Shown: positions 27,579-37,598, counted from the first letter of the stretch. The stretch: 64,000 nucleotides of DNA from Myxococcota bacterium (GCA_035506135.1 DATJPY010000044.1:1528-65527); one strand, 5' to 3'. Translations and numbers: made by a program. Notes: a model not told the origin generated them from the sequence alone.

Positions 27579-28423
27579 GCGAGCGCTTCGTCGTCGTAAC
27601 CGGCGCGTCGACCGGCATCGGGCGCACCACGGCGCTCGGCCTCGACCGCGAGGGCTATCGCGTGTTCGCCGGCGTGCGGCGCGCGCAGGACGCCGACACG
27701 CTCAAGGCCGACGCCTCCCCGCGCCTGACGCCGCTCTCGCTCGACGTGACCGACGCCGCGAGCCGCGAGGCGGCGGTGCGACGGGTCGCGGAGGCGGCCG
27801 GCGGGGAGGGGCTCCACGGCCTCGTCAACAACGCGGGCATCGTCGTCGCCAGTCCGGTCGAATTCCTCGATCTCGGCGCGCTGCGGCGGCAGCTCGAGGT
27901 GAACGTGGTGGGCCTGGTCGCCGTGACGCAGGCGTTCCTCCCGCTGCTGCGCGCGGCCCGCGGGCGAATCGTGCACATCGGCTCCTCGAGCGGCTACATC
28001 GCCGCGCCGCTGATGGCGCCCTATTCCGCATCGAAGTATGCCGTCGAGGCCATCGCCGACGCGATGCGCCGCGAGCTGGCAGGCTCGGGTGTCGCCGTAT
28101 CCCTGGTCGAGCCCGGGGCGATCGCGACCCCGATCTGGGACAAGGGTGTCGAGATGGGCGACGAGCTGGTGAGGACACTCCCGCCGCAGGCCATCGATTT
28201 CTACGGCGAGCGCATCGAGCGACTCCGGGCCTACGCGCGGAAGGCGCCCGCGCAGGCGATCCCGCCCGAGCGCGTCGCCGAGGCCGTGCGCCACGCCCTC
28301 GCGGCGCCGCGCCCTCGCACGCGCTATCGGGTGGGCGCCGACGCCAGGAGCGGCTGGTGGCTCTCGCGCCTGCTTCCCGATCGAGCCATGGACTGGCTGC
28401 TCGAGCGCCTGACGCAAGCCTAG
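27575..28423 (+). CDS. SDR family oxidoreductase (classical, with C-terminal extension)
   Basis: ATG 27575 (ATGA overlap). Motifs: RFVVVTGASTGIGRT, NNAG, YSASKYA. Confidence 0.9.
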   Translation: MSERFVVVTGASTGIGRTTALGLDREGYRVFAGVRRAQDADTLKADASPRLTPLSLDVTDAASREAAVRRVAEAAGGEGLHGLVNNAGIVVASPVEFLDLGALRRQLEVNVVGLVAVTQAFLPLLRAARGRIVHIGSSSGYIAAPLMAPYSASKYAVEAIADAMRRELAGSGVAVSLVEPGAIATPIWDKGVEMGDELVRTLPPQAIDFYGERIERLRAYARKAPAQAIPPERVAEAVRHALAAPRPRTRYRVGADARSGWWLSRLLPDRAMDWLLERLTQA

Positions 28424-29778
28424 GCGGCCCTTCGCACCGCGTCGTCGATCGCGCGCGGGAGCGCGCTGGCGATGAGATCGATCTCCTCCGGCTCGATCGT
28501 GAAGGGCGGCCCGAGCACGAGGACGTCGCGCGCGGCGCCCGACCCACCCGGGTAGAAGAAGACGCCGTGTCCGAGGCCGGCCCCGACCGCGCGTGCGGTG
28601 ACGTGCGCCTCGCTCGGGAATGGCTCGCGCGTGGCGCGGTCGCGCACCAGCTCGACGCCGATCAGGAGCCCGAGGCCCCTCACCTCGGCGACATGCGGAT
28701 GCGTTGCGAGCGCCTCGCGCAGCCGCCCCAGCAGCTCCTCGCCGACGCGCGCCGCGCGCTCGACGAGCGCCTCCCGCTCGAGGATGTCGAGCACGGCGAG
28801 GGAGGCGGCACAGGCCGCCGGGTGGGCGCCGTAGGTGAAGAACATGAAGTCGTCCCCGCGCGCGGCGATCGGAGCCATCACCTCCTCGCGCGCGAACACG
28901 CCGCCCATCGGCGCGTAGCCGCCCGTGAGCCCCTTGCCGCCGACCAGGATGTCGGGCACGACGCCCCAGTGATCGACGGCAAAGCGCCGCCCGGTGCGCC
29001 CGAAGCCGGTCATCACCTCGTCGGCGATCAGGAGGACGCCGTGCCGGCGGCAGATCTCGGCCAGGCGCGGCCAGTAGTCGTCGGGCGGCACGAGCGCGCC
29101 CGCCGTCGAGCCGACCACCGGCTCCGCGATCACCGCCGCCACGCTCTCGGGTCCTTCGGCGACGATCCGCTCCTCGATCGCGTCCACGCACGCGACGCCG
29201 CAGCCGGGGCGCTCGAGGCCGAGCGGGCAGCGCAGGCAGTAGCACGCCGGCGCCTTCGGGAGATCGAGCAGGAGCGGGTCGAGGCCCGCGCGGCGCTTGG
29301 CGTGTGCGCCGACCGCGAGCGCCGCGAGCGTGGCGCCGTGATACGAGAGGTCGCGCCCCAGGATCTTCCAGCGCTCCGCGTGCCCCGCCGCGACGTGGTG
29401 TTGGCGTGCGAGGCGGATGGCGGCGTCGACCGATTCGGAGCCGCCGCTGGTGAGCGCAACCCGCGAGAGCCCCGGCGGCAGCCAGCGGTCGACGAGGCGC
29501 TCCACCAGCGCGACGCGTTCCTCGGTGGCGAAGGGCGGCACGACGTAGTCGATGCGCTCGAGCGCGCTCGCCATCGCCCGAGCCACCTCGGCCCGCCCGT
29601 GCCCGACGTTGGCGACGATCGCCCCTCCCGCGGCGTCGAGGATGCGCCGGCCGTCGGGGAGGATCAGCCACGCGCCCTCGGTACGCGCCACCGCCAGCGG
29701 TGCCGCGGCGCCGGGCACGAAGGCGAAGCGGCGGGCGCGCCCCGGGTCCGCGGCAGCGTGGGTGACGGGACCGGCCAC
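28420..29778 (-). CDS. class III (omega-type) PLP aminotransferase
   Basis: GTG 29778 in the frame of ORF 28420..30315. Sequence: TSGGSESVD..LIADEVMTGFGRTG..VGGKGLTGGYAPMG, with the Cys-rich insert CYCLRCPLGLERPGCGVAC seen in this subfamily. The start codon is uncertain. Confidence 0.85.
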   Translation of the reverse strand: MAGPVTHAAADPGRARRFAFVPGAAAPLAVARTEGAWLILPDGRRILDAAGGAIVANVGHGRAEVARAMASALERIDYVVPPFATEERVALVERLVDRWLPPGLSRVALTSGGSESVDAAIRLARQHHVAAGHAERWKILGRDLSYHGATLAALAVGAHAKRRAGLDPLLLDLPKAPACYCLRCPLGLERPGCGVACVDAIEERIVAEGPESVAAVIAEPVVGSTAGALVPPDDYWPRLAEICRRHGVLLIADEVMTGFGRTGRRFAVDHWGVVPDILVGGKGLTGGYAPMGGVFAREEVMAPIAARGDDFMFFTYGAHPAACAASLAVLDILEREALVERAARVGEELLGRLREALATHPHVAEVRGLGLLIGVELVRDRATREPFPSEAHVTARAVGAGLGHGVFFYPGGSGAARDVLVLGPPFTIEPEEIDLIASALPRAIDDAVRRAA

Positions 29779-29826
29779 GGCGCGGCATGATAGCGACGGC
29801 CCGCGGGGCCGGCGGGGAGGACTGGA

Positions 29827-30534
29827 TTGAGCGAGGGCACGGCGCGGCGGCGGCAGCTGGTGGAGCGGGTCCCGCTGTTCGCGCGGCTCGCTCCGGCCCA
29901 GCTCGACACGCTGACCAGCGTCACCACGACCCGCCGGCTCGCCGCGCGCGAGGAGCTGTTCCACAAGGGCGACCCGGCGGCGCAGGTCTACGTCGTCGCG
30001 AGCGGCCGTCTCAAGGTCGCGACCACGTCGACCCGCGGCGACGACGTGACCTTCAACCTGCTCGGCGAGGGCGAGGTCGTGGGCGAGCTCCCGCTGCTCA
30101 CTGGCGGGCGCCGAACCGGAACGGTGTCGGCTCTCGAGCCGAGCGAGCTGCTCGTGCTCGAGCGGCGCGACTTCCTGCGCTTCCTGCGCGAGCAGCCCGA
30201 GGCTGCGAGCGCGCTGCTGGTCGTGCTGGCGGAGCGCCTGGTGCGCATCAGCGAGTTCGTCGAGGACACCATCTTCCTGAAGCTGCCGGCGCGCCTGGCG
30301 AAGAAGCTCCTGCACCTCGCCGAGAGCTACGGCGAGGAGGGCCAGGATGGCACGCTGCTCCAGCTCCGGCTCTCGCAGGGAGAGCTGGCGGACCTGGTCG
30401 GCGCCAGCCGCGAGAGCATCAACAAGCAGATCCGCGCCTGGACGGAGGAGGGCGTGGTGCGCATGGAGCGCGGCTCGATCACGATCCTCCGCCGCGCGAC
30501 CCTCGAGCAGCTCGCGGGGCTGGTCGCGACTTAG
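29827..30534 (+). CDS. Crp/Fnr family transcriptional regulator
   Basis: ORF 29827..30534 (TTG start). cNMP-binding domain: PLFARL..LFHKGDPAAQVYVVASGRLKV..GEGEVVGELPLL. C-terminal HTH: SQGELADLVGASRESINKQIRAW. Confidence 0.9.
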   Translation: MSEGTARRRQLVERVPLFARLAPAQLDTLTSVTTTRRLAAREELFHKGDPAAQVYVVASGRLKVATTSTRGDDVTFNLLGEGEVVGELPLLTGGRRTGTVSALEPSELLVLERRDFLRFLREQPEAASALLVVLAERLVRISEFVEDTIFLKLPARLAKKLLHLAESYGEEGQDGTLLQLRLSQGELADLVGASRESINKQIRAWTEEGVVRMERGSITILRRATLEQLAGLVAT

Positions 30535-30596
30535 GTGCGTCCTGCCGAGCGCCTCGGGCTTGGCGGACGGGCGCGGGCGCGATACCCACCGGCCCC

Positions 30597-31394
30597 GTGC
30601 GTGCCCTCCTGCTGGCGCTCCTTCTCGTCGTCCCCGGTCTCGCCCACGCCGGCGAGGTGGAGCTTCCCGCTGGCGACGAGGTGGTGCGGCGCGTGAACCA
30701 GCGCGACGACGGCCGCTGGGTCTCGCGGACGATGGCCATGGAGCTGACGGAGAAGGACGGCTCCGTGCGCGCTCGCCTCACGCGCTCGTTCCGCCGCGAC
30801 TTCGGCGACGGGCGCCGCTCGGTGGTCTTCTTCGAGGACCCGCCGAACCTGAAGGGCACGGCGCTCCTGAGCTTCGACTACGCGGAGCCGAAGCGGCAGG
30901 ACGACCAGTGGCTCTACCTCCCCGAGCTGCGCCGCTCGCGCCGGATCGCGACCTCCGAGCGCGGGCGCGCCTTCCTCGGCACCGACTTCTCCTACGACGA
31001 CATGCGCAAGGAGACCAAGCTCAGCCCCTACGACTACCGCTGGCGGACGGTCGGGACGGAGGAGGTCGACGGGCGGCCCTGCTGGGTGCTGGAGGCCACC
31101 GCGGTGGACGACGCCACCGCGCGCGAGCTGGGCTACGGGCGGCTCCGCGTGCGCATCGACGCCGAGCTCTGGCTGCCGCGCCTGGCCGAGTACTGGACGC
31201 CGGCGGGCGAGCTGCTGAAGACGATCCGGCTCACCGGGATCGAGGCCGTGCAGGGGATCTGGACGCCGCACCGGGTCGAGGCGGCAGCGGCCTCGGGCCA
31301 CCGCACCGCGCTCACCTTCCGCGACATCGACTACCAGCACGAGGTTCCCGAGGGCCTGTTCGACGAGTCCGCGCTGGCGCACGGGCCGCCATGA
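30597..31394 (+). CDS. LolA-like outer-membrane lipoprotein-sorting family protein
   Basis: GTG 30597 in the frame of ORF 29787..31394. Signal peptide VRALLLALLLVVPGLAHA, then DQWLYLPELRRSRRI..FLGTDFSYDDM, typical of this family. Confidence 0.65.
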   Translation: MRALLLALLLVVPGLAHAGEVELPAGDEVVRRVNQRDDGRWVSRTMAMELTEKDGSVRARLTRSFRRDFGDGRRSVVFFEDPPNLKGTALLSFDYAEPKRQDDQWLYLPELRRSRRIATSERGRAFLGTDFSYDDMRKETKLSPYDYRWRTVGTEEVDGRPCWVLEATAVDDATARELGYGRLRVRIDAELWLPRLAEYWTPAGELLKTIRLTGIEAVQGIWTPHRVEAAAASGHRTALTFRDIDYQHEVPEGLFDESALAHGPP

Positions 31395-31447
31395 GCGCTT
31401 GCGGCGAACGCGCTACGATCCGGGCTCCTCGCGAAGAGGGGTGAGTC

Positions 31448-31693
31448 ATGGCCGCGCTTCGCTCCAGGTTCGCTCGCGGCAGCCTCGCAATCGCGCTCGT
31501 GGCGCTGTTCAGTGGTGCGCCGGCGCGCGCCGACGAGCACGATCCCACCGAGGCGGGCAACCCGGTTCGCATCTTGGCGTACGTGCTTCATCCGGTTGGC
31601 GTCGCGTTCGACTATCTCGTCATGCGACCGGCGCACTGGCTGGTAAACCGAGAGCCCTTCCGCACGATCTTCGGTCACGAAGACGACCTCTGA
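31448..31693 (+). CDS. small secreted hypothetical protein (81 aa)
   Basis: ORF 31448..31693. Signal peptide SLAIALVALFSGAPARA and a conserved-looking core NPVRILAYVLHPVGVAFDYLVMRPAHW. Codon bias is weaker than in its neighbours. Confidence 0.55.
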   Translation: MAALRSRFARGSLAIALVALFSGAPARADEHDPTEAGNPVRILAYVLHPVGVAFDYLVMRPAHWLVNREPFRTIFGHEDDL

Positions 31694-31739
31694 TCGGGCG
31701 CTTTCGATCGATTCGAGGCTGTTCGCGATCGTCGAAGCA

Positions 31740-31755
31740 GGGTATGATCCTTGCA
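31740..31755 (+). promoter_or_regulatory. candidate promoter in front of lptC: either a sigma70 -10 TATGAT (31743-31748) giving a leaderless mRNA, or a sigma54 -24/-12 element (gGGtAtG-N4-TTGCA)
   Basis: The sequence is gggtatgatccttgcATG. GG and GC have exact sigma54 spacing with a full TTGCA. Alternatively, TATGAT lies 6 nt before the ATG. No convincing -35 is present. Confidence 0.3.
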
Positions 31756-32282
31756 TGGGCAGGTTACTGCGCGCCATCCGCTCGATGCACGGCCCCGTCG
31801 CCCGCACCCTCGTGGGCGGCGCCGCGCTTGCGCTCGCCAGCACCGCCTCGGCCGTTCCTCCGATGCAGCTCTCGCGCATGACCTTCGTCTCGTCGGAGGG
31901 TGGATTCACCGACCTCACGGTCGTTGCGGACGCCGCGCAGGTCGACATGCAGGGCAACAAGGCGCAGCTCGACCGCGTGCACGCCCTCTGGGCGGCGAGC
32001 AACGGGCAGAACAGCCTCGACATCGTCTGCGAGCGGGGCGAGTTCGATCTCTCGACCAACGACTTCGTGGCGATCGGCAGCGTGCACGGCGTGCTCGGCG
32101 ACGGCCGGCGCTTCGAGAGCCCGTGGATGAAGTACGACCACGCCAAGGGCGTCGCCTATACCGATGCGCCCGTCTCGATCCTCGATGCGGGGCGCACGCT
32201 GAAGGGCGGTGGATTCCGCTACCGCATCCACGACGGGAAGCTTCGGCTCACCTCCGGCGCTTCGGTGGTGGACCCGCCGTGA
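31755..32282 (+). CDS. lptC: LptC-like LPS export protein
   Basis: ORF 31755..32282. It has an N-terminal anchor/signal and a small beta-rich periplasmic domain. Its position directly upstream of lptA-lptB-rpoN matches the conserved cluster. The start could be ATG 31785. Confidence 0.6.
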   Translation: MGRLLRAIRSMHGPVARTLVGGAALALASTASAVPPMQLSRMTFVSSEGGFTDLTVVADAAQVDMQGNKAQLDRVHALWAASNGQNSLDIVCERGEFDLSTNDFVAIGSVHGVLGDGRRFESPWMKYDHAKGVAYTDAPVSILDAGRTLKGGGFRYRIHDGKLRLTSGASVVDPP

Positions 32283-33115
32283 GGGCCCGCACGTGGGGAG
32301 GGGTTGCGTGCGCGGTCGCGATCGCATCGCCGCTCGCCTGGGCGGCGGTGCGCGCCGCCGAGCCCTCGAGTGACGGCGCAGTTTCGCCGAAGACGGTGAT
32401 GACCCGGGACGCCGCCGAAGAGCGCGCGGCAACGGAGGGGACCGCCGTGGGCGCCGCGTCCGCCGTGCCCGAAGCAGGGCGCCCTGCGCCTGGCCCTCCG
32501 GTTCATGAGGATCGTCCTCTCACGCTCGCTGCCGAGGCCCCGGCGCGCGACGTTGCGGCCCCGCCTCCGGCTGCGCCGGCCCCGGCCGGCGCGCAAGCCG
32601 TGGCCGGCACCGTGGCGTCCCCGAAGAAGGGCAACAAGGCTGCAAAGAGCGACGCCGGCAAGAGCGGAACCGGCGGCCTGCCCGGCGGATCGAGCGACAA
32701 GCCGCTCGCGATCCGCTCGGACGAGCTCGAGGCCGTCGAGGAGTCCGGCACGCGCAATCTGCTCTTCCAGCGCAACGTCCACGTCGAGCAGGGCGACCTC
32801 GTCGTGAACTCGGACCGCCTCGAGGCGCACTATCCTCCCGGCGCCAACCAGCCCGACCGGCTCGTCGCGACCGGCCACGTGCGGATCAAGCAGAAGGATC
32901 GCGTGCTGACCTGCCAGAGCGCCACCTACTACCAGGGCGAGGAGCGGCTGGTGTGCGTCGGCGACGCCGATCTGCTGAGCGGCAACGACCGCGTCCGCGG
33001 CGACCAGATCGAGATCTTCACCTCGCAGAATCGCATGAAGGTGCTCGGGCGCGCGGTCGTGAACGTGACGCCCGAGCAGAATCCCGAGCCGAAGAAGGCG
33101 GAGGCGACGCCGTGA
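32279..33115 (+). CDS. lptA: LptA/OstA-family periplasmic LPS transport protein with a long low-complexity N-terminal spacer
   Basis: GTG 32279 (GTGA overlap). A signal peptide is followed by about 110 aa of Ala/Pro/Gly-rich sequence. The OstA fold then follows: PLAIRSDELEA..LLFQRNVHVEQGDLVVNSDRLEAHY..ATGHVRIKQKDRVLTCQSATYY. Confidence 0.75.
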   Translation: MRARTWGGVACAVAIASPLAWAAVRAAEPSSDGAVSPKTVMTRDAAEERAATEGTAVGAASAVPEAGRPAPGPPVHEDRPLTLAAEAPARDVAAPPPAAPAPAGAQAVAGTVASPKKGNKAAKSDAGKSGTGGLPGGSSDKPLAIRSDELEAVEESGTRNLLFQRNVHVEQGDLVVNSDRLEAHYPPGANQPDRLVATGHVRIKQKDRVLTCQSATYYQGEERLVCVGDADLLSGNDRVRGDQIEIFTSQNRMKVLGRAVVNVTPEQNPEPKKAEATP

Positions 33116-33843
33116 CCCGGCCGCTCCTGTCGGCGCAGGGTCTGCGCAAGCGCTACGGCGATCGCGAGGTGGTCTGCGGCATCGACGTCACGGTGTCGGC
33201 CGGGGAGGTGGTCGGCCTGCTTGGTCCCAACGGCGCCGGCAAGACCACCACCTTCAACATGATGGTCGGCGGGGTGCGCCCGAGCGCCGGCCGCGTGTTC
33301 CTCGACACCCGCGAGATCACCGACCTGCCGATGTTCCGGCGCGCGCGCCTCGGGATCACCTACCTGCCGCAGGAGCCCTCGATCTTCCGGCGCCTGTCGG
33401 TCGCGGACAACCTGAACGCGATCCTGGAGACGGTGGAGCGGAGCCCGGCGCTGCGGCGCGAGCGGCTGCACGAGCTCCTGCAGGAGCTCGGACTGCTCGG
33501 CAAGGCGCACCTGCGCGGTGCCTCGCTCTCGGGCGGCGAGCGGCGGCGGGTCGAGGTCGCCCGCGCCCTGGTGCTCGATCCGAAGTTCATGCTGCTCGAC
33601 GAGCCGTTCTCGGGGATCGACCCGATCGCGGTGATCGAGATCCAGAAGGTGGTCGAGCAGCTCCGCGGGCGCGGCATCGGGATCATCGTCACCGACCACA
33701 ACGTGCGCGAGGCGCTCTCGATCTGCGACCGCGCCTACATCATCAAGGACGGAAGCATCCTGCGCGAAGGAACTCCGAACGAGATCGCCACGGACCCGAC
33801 GGTTCGCGAGATCTACCTCGGAGAGAACTTCCAGCTGGGCTGA
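33112..33843 (+). CDS. lptB: LPS export ABC transporter ATP-binding protein LptB
   Basis: GTG 33112 (GTGA overlap). Motifs: GLLGPNGAGKTTTF, YLPQEPSIFRRLSV, LSGGERRRVEVARAL, LLDEPFSGIDP. Confidence 0.95.
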   Translation: MTRPLLSAQGLRKRYGDREVVCGIDVTVSAGEVVGLLGPNGAGKTTTFNMMVGGVRPSAGRVFLDTREITDLPMFRRARLGITYLPQEPSIFRRLSVADNLNAILETVERSPALRRERLHELLQELGLLGKAHLRGASLSGGERRRVEVARALVLDPKFMLLDEPFSGIDPIAVIEIQKVVEQLRGRGIGIIVTDHNVREALSICDRAYIIKDGSILREGTPNEIATDPTVREIYLGENFQLG

Positions 33844-33850
33844 TCGAAAA

Positions 33851-35320
<1,470 letters not shown>

Positions 35321-35343
35321 CCTGCGCGCGGCCGGGGGCGGTC

Positions 35344-35808
35344 ATGAAGATCACCGACATTCTGGTCCGGGACGCCGTGGTGCTCGACCTCTCGAGTCGC
35401 GCCAAGCGGGACGTGCTGGCGGAGATGGCGAAGGCGCTCGCGGCGGCCGAGCCCGGGGTGGACGAGGCGCACCTGCTCGAGGTCCTGGTCGAGCGCGAGC
35501 GGCTGCAGAGCACCGGGATCGGCGAGGGCGTCGCGATTCCGCACGGCAAGCTGCAGGGGATCACGCGCCTGCTCGCCTCCTGCGCGCGAAGCCGCAGCGG
35601 CGTCGACTTCGACTCGATCGACGGCCAGCCGACCTACCTGTTCTTCCTGCTCGTGGTGCCCGAGAACTCGGGTGGCCAGCATCTGAAGGCGCTCGCACGC
35701 ATCTCCCGATTCTTCCGCGACGCGAGCTTCCGCAAGCGCCTCCTCGAGGCCGGCAGCCGGGACGAGGTGTGCCGGGCCATCGAGGAGGAAGACGTCAAGT
35801 TGGCGTGA
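35344..35808 (+). CDS. ptsN: PTS EIIA-Ntr
   Basis: ATG 35344. Sequence: ILVRDAVVLDL..RERLQSTGIGEGVAIPHGK (phospho-His)..YLFFLLVVPE. Confidence 0.9.
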   Translation: MKITDILVRDAVVLDLSSRAKRDVLAEMAKALAAAEPGVDEAHLLEVLVERERLQSTGIGEGVAIPHGKLQGITRLLASCARSRSGVDFDSIDGQPTYLFFLLVVPENSGGQHLKALARISRFFRDASFRKRLLEAGSRDEVCRAIEEEDVKLA

Positions 35809-36326
35809 CGGCAAGGGCCCACGGAGCGCTCGTCGACGTCGAAGGCGTCGGCGTGCTGCTCCTGGGGCCGAGCGGCATCGGCAAGAGCGAGTGCGCGCTC
35901 GAGCTGGTGCGCCGCGGACACCGGCTGGTGGCGGACGACGTCGTGGTGCTCGAGCGCGGCGCGGACGGCGCTCTGCACGGACACACCCCCGAGCTGATCC
36001 GACACCACATGGAGCTGCGCGGCGTCGGGATCGTCTACGTCCCCGACCTGTTCGGGCCCGACGCGGTGCGCGACGCGGTGGAGGTCGGCCTGGTCTGCCG
36101 GCTGGCCGAGTGGCGGCCCGAGCTCGAGGTCGAACGGGTCGGGCTCGAGCGCCCGGTCGAGGAGTGGGACGGGGTTCCGTTGCCGGCCCTGCTCCTGCCC
36201 GCGCGTCCGGCGGGCTCCCTGGCGACGCTGGTCGAGGTCGCCGTGCGGGACCACCTGCTGCGCCGCAGGGCGCTACCCGCGGCGCGCCGGCTCGATGCCC
36301 GCCTGCGCGGGGAGGTCGAGCCGTGA
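35805..36326 (+). CDS. hprK: HPr kinase/phosphorylase, short form (catalytic C-terminal domain only)
   Basis: GTG 35805 (GTGA overlap with ptsN). P-loop GVLLLGPSGIGKSE lies about 20 aa from the start. Signature HMELRGVGIVYV. The product is about 173 aa, so there is no room for the N-terminal domain. Confidence 0.85.
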   Translation: MTARAHGALVDVEGVGVLLLGPSGIGKSECALELVRRGHRLVADDVVVLERGADGALHGHTPELIRHHMELRGVGIVYVPDLFGPDAVRDAVEVGLVCRLAEWRPELEVERVGLERPVEEWDGVPLPALLLPARPAGSLATLVEVAVRDHLLRRRALPAARRLDARLRGEVEP

Positions 36327-37192
36327 GCGCCGCCGAGACGCGGGTCGTCTTCGTGAGCGGGCTCTCCGGGAGCGGTCGGACGACCGCGATGGGCGCGCTC
36401 GAGGACCTCGGCTTCTACTGCGTCGACAACCTGCCGCCGCAACTGATCGAGCAGTTCGTCGACCTGTGCGCCAAGGCGAGCCCACCGATCCGCCGGGTCG
36501 CGCTGGCGCTCGACGCGCGCGAGGCCGTCTTCCTGAAGGGCTTCCCGGCGGTGGTCGGCGCGATCCGGGCCGGCGGCGCGCGGGTCGAGGTGCTGTTCCT
36601 CGACTGCGCGGACCAGGTGCTCGTGAACCGCTACCGCGAGACCCGGCGCGTCCACCCGCTGGCGCCCGCCGGGACGGTCGAGCAGGGCATCGAGCGCGAG
36701 CGCGCGCTGCTCGAGGACGTCGCGCGGCTCGCGGACTGGTCGCTCGACACGTCACAGCTCAACATCCACCAGCTCCGCGAGGCGGTCGTGCGACGCGTCA
36801 CCGGGGAAGGGCGTCGCGCCGTCGTGAACCTGGTGTCGTTCGGCTACCGCTACGGCGTCCCCGCCGCCGCGGAGCTGCTGTTCGACGTCCGCTTCCTGCC
36901 CAACCCCCACTTCGAGCCCGCGCTCCGGTCGCGCAGCGGCCTGGACGCCGAGGTCGCCGACTTCGTGCTGAAGGACGACCGCACCCAGGAGCTGCTGGCG
37001 CGGCTGCGCGAGTTCCTCGGCTGGCTGCTCGGGCTCTACGACTCCGAGGGCAAGGCGTACCTCGCGATCGGCATCGGGTGCACCGGGGGCCGGCACCGCT
37101 CGGTCGCGGTCGCCGCTGCGCTCGCCGAGGGGCTGCGCGCCCGCGGCCGCGAGGTCAACGTCGAGCACCGAGACGCGGAAAAGGAAGGGTGA
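36323..37192 (+). CDS. rapZ: RNase adapter protein RapZ (YhbJ)
   Basis: GTG 36323 (GTGA overlap). Sequence: VVFVSGLSGSGRTTAMGALEDLGFYCVDNLP..FGYRYG..DVRFLPNPHF..IGCTGGRHRSV. Confidence 0.95.
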   Translation: MSAAETRVVFVSGLSGSGRTTAMGALEDLGFYCVDNLPPQLIEQFVDLCAKASPPIRRVALALDAREAVFLKGFPAVVGAIRAGGARVEVLFLDCADQVLVNRYRETRRVHPLAPAGTVEQGIERERALLEDVARLADWSLDTSQLNIHQLREAVVRRVTGEGRRAVVNLVSFGYRYGVPAAAELLFDVRFLPNPHFEPALRSRSGLDAEVADFVLKDDRTQELLARLREFLGWLLGLYDSEGKAYLAIGIGCTGGRHRSVAVAAALAEGLRARGREVNVEHRDAEKEG

Positions 37193-37193
37193 G

Positions 37194-37598
37194 ATGTCCG
37201 TCGTGATCGTGACGCATTACCGGCTCGGCGAGGTGTTCCTCCAGGCGCTGCGCCTGATCGTCCCCGACGCGCCGGAGTTCCAGGCGGTCTCGATCGACCC
37301 CAAGCAGTCGGTCGACGAGATGCGCGAGCTGATTGCCACGGCGCTGCGGCGCGCAGACCGCGGCGAGGGCGTGCTGGTGCTGACCGATATGTTCGGCGGC
37401 ACGCCCTCGAACATGGCGCTCTCGTTCCTCGAGGAGCACCGCGTCGAGGTCGTGACGGGTCTCAACCTGCCGATGCTGATCAAGCTGGCGACGATGCCCG
37501 AGAAGAAGCCGCTCGAGGAGCTCGCGACGTTCATCAAGGACTACGGGCAGCGCAACATCCGGGTCGCGAGCGAGATCCTGCCGGAAGGGAAGCGGTGA
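37194..37598 (+). CDS. PTS EIIA component, mannose/fructose family
   Basis: ORF 37194..37598. Sequence: SVVIVTHYRLGE (phospho-His)..VLVLTDMFGGTPSN..VVTGLNLPMLIK. Confidence 0.9.
   Translation: MSVVIVTHYRLGEVFLQALRLIVPDAPEFQAVSIDPKQSVDEMRELIATALRRADRGEGVLVLTDMFGGTPSNMALSFLEEHRVEVVTGLNLPMLIKLATMPEKKPLEELATFIKDYGQRNIRVASEILPEGKR

Noticed and set aside
28420-30315. 631-aa extent of the aminotransferase ORF
   Set aside because: The N-terminal part, about 180 aa, is antisense to the well-supported Crp/Fnr gene and lacks any aminotransferase similarity. The conserved fold begins just after GTG 29778.
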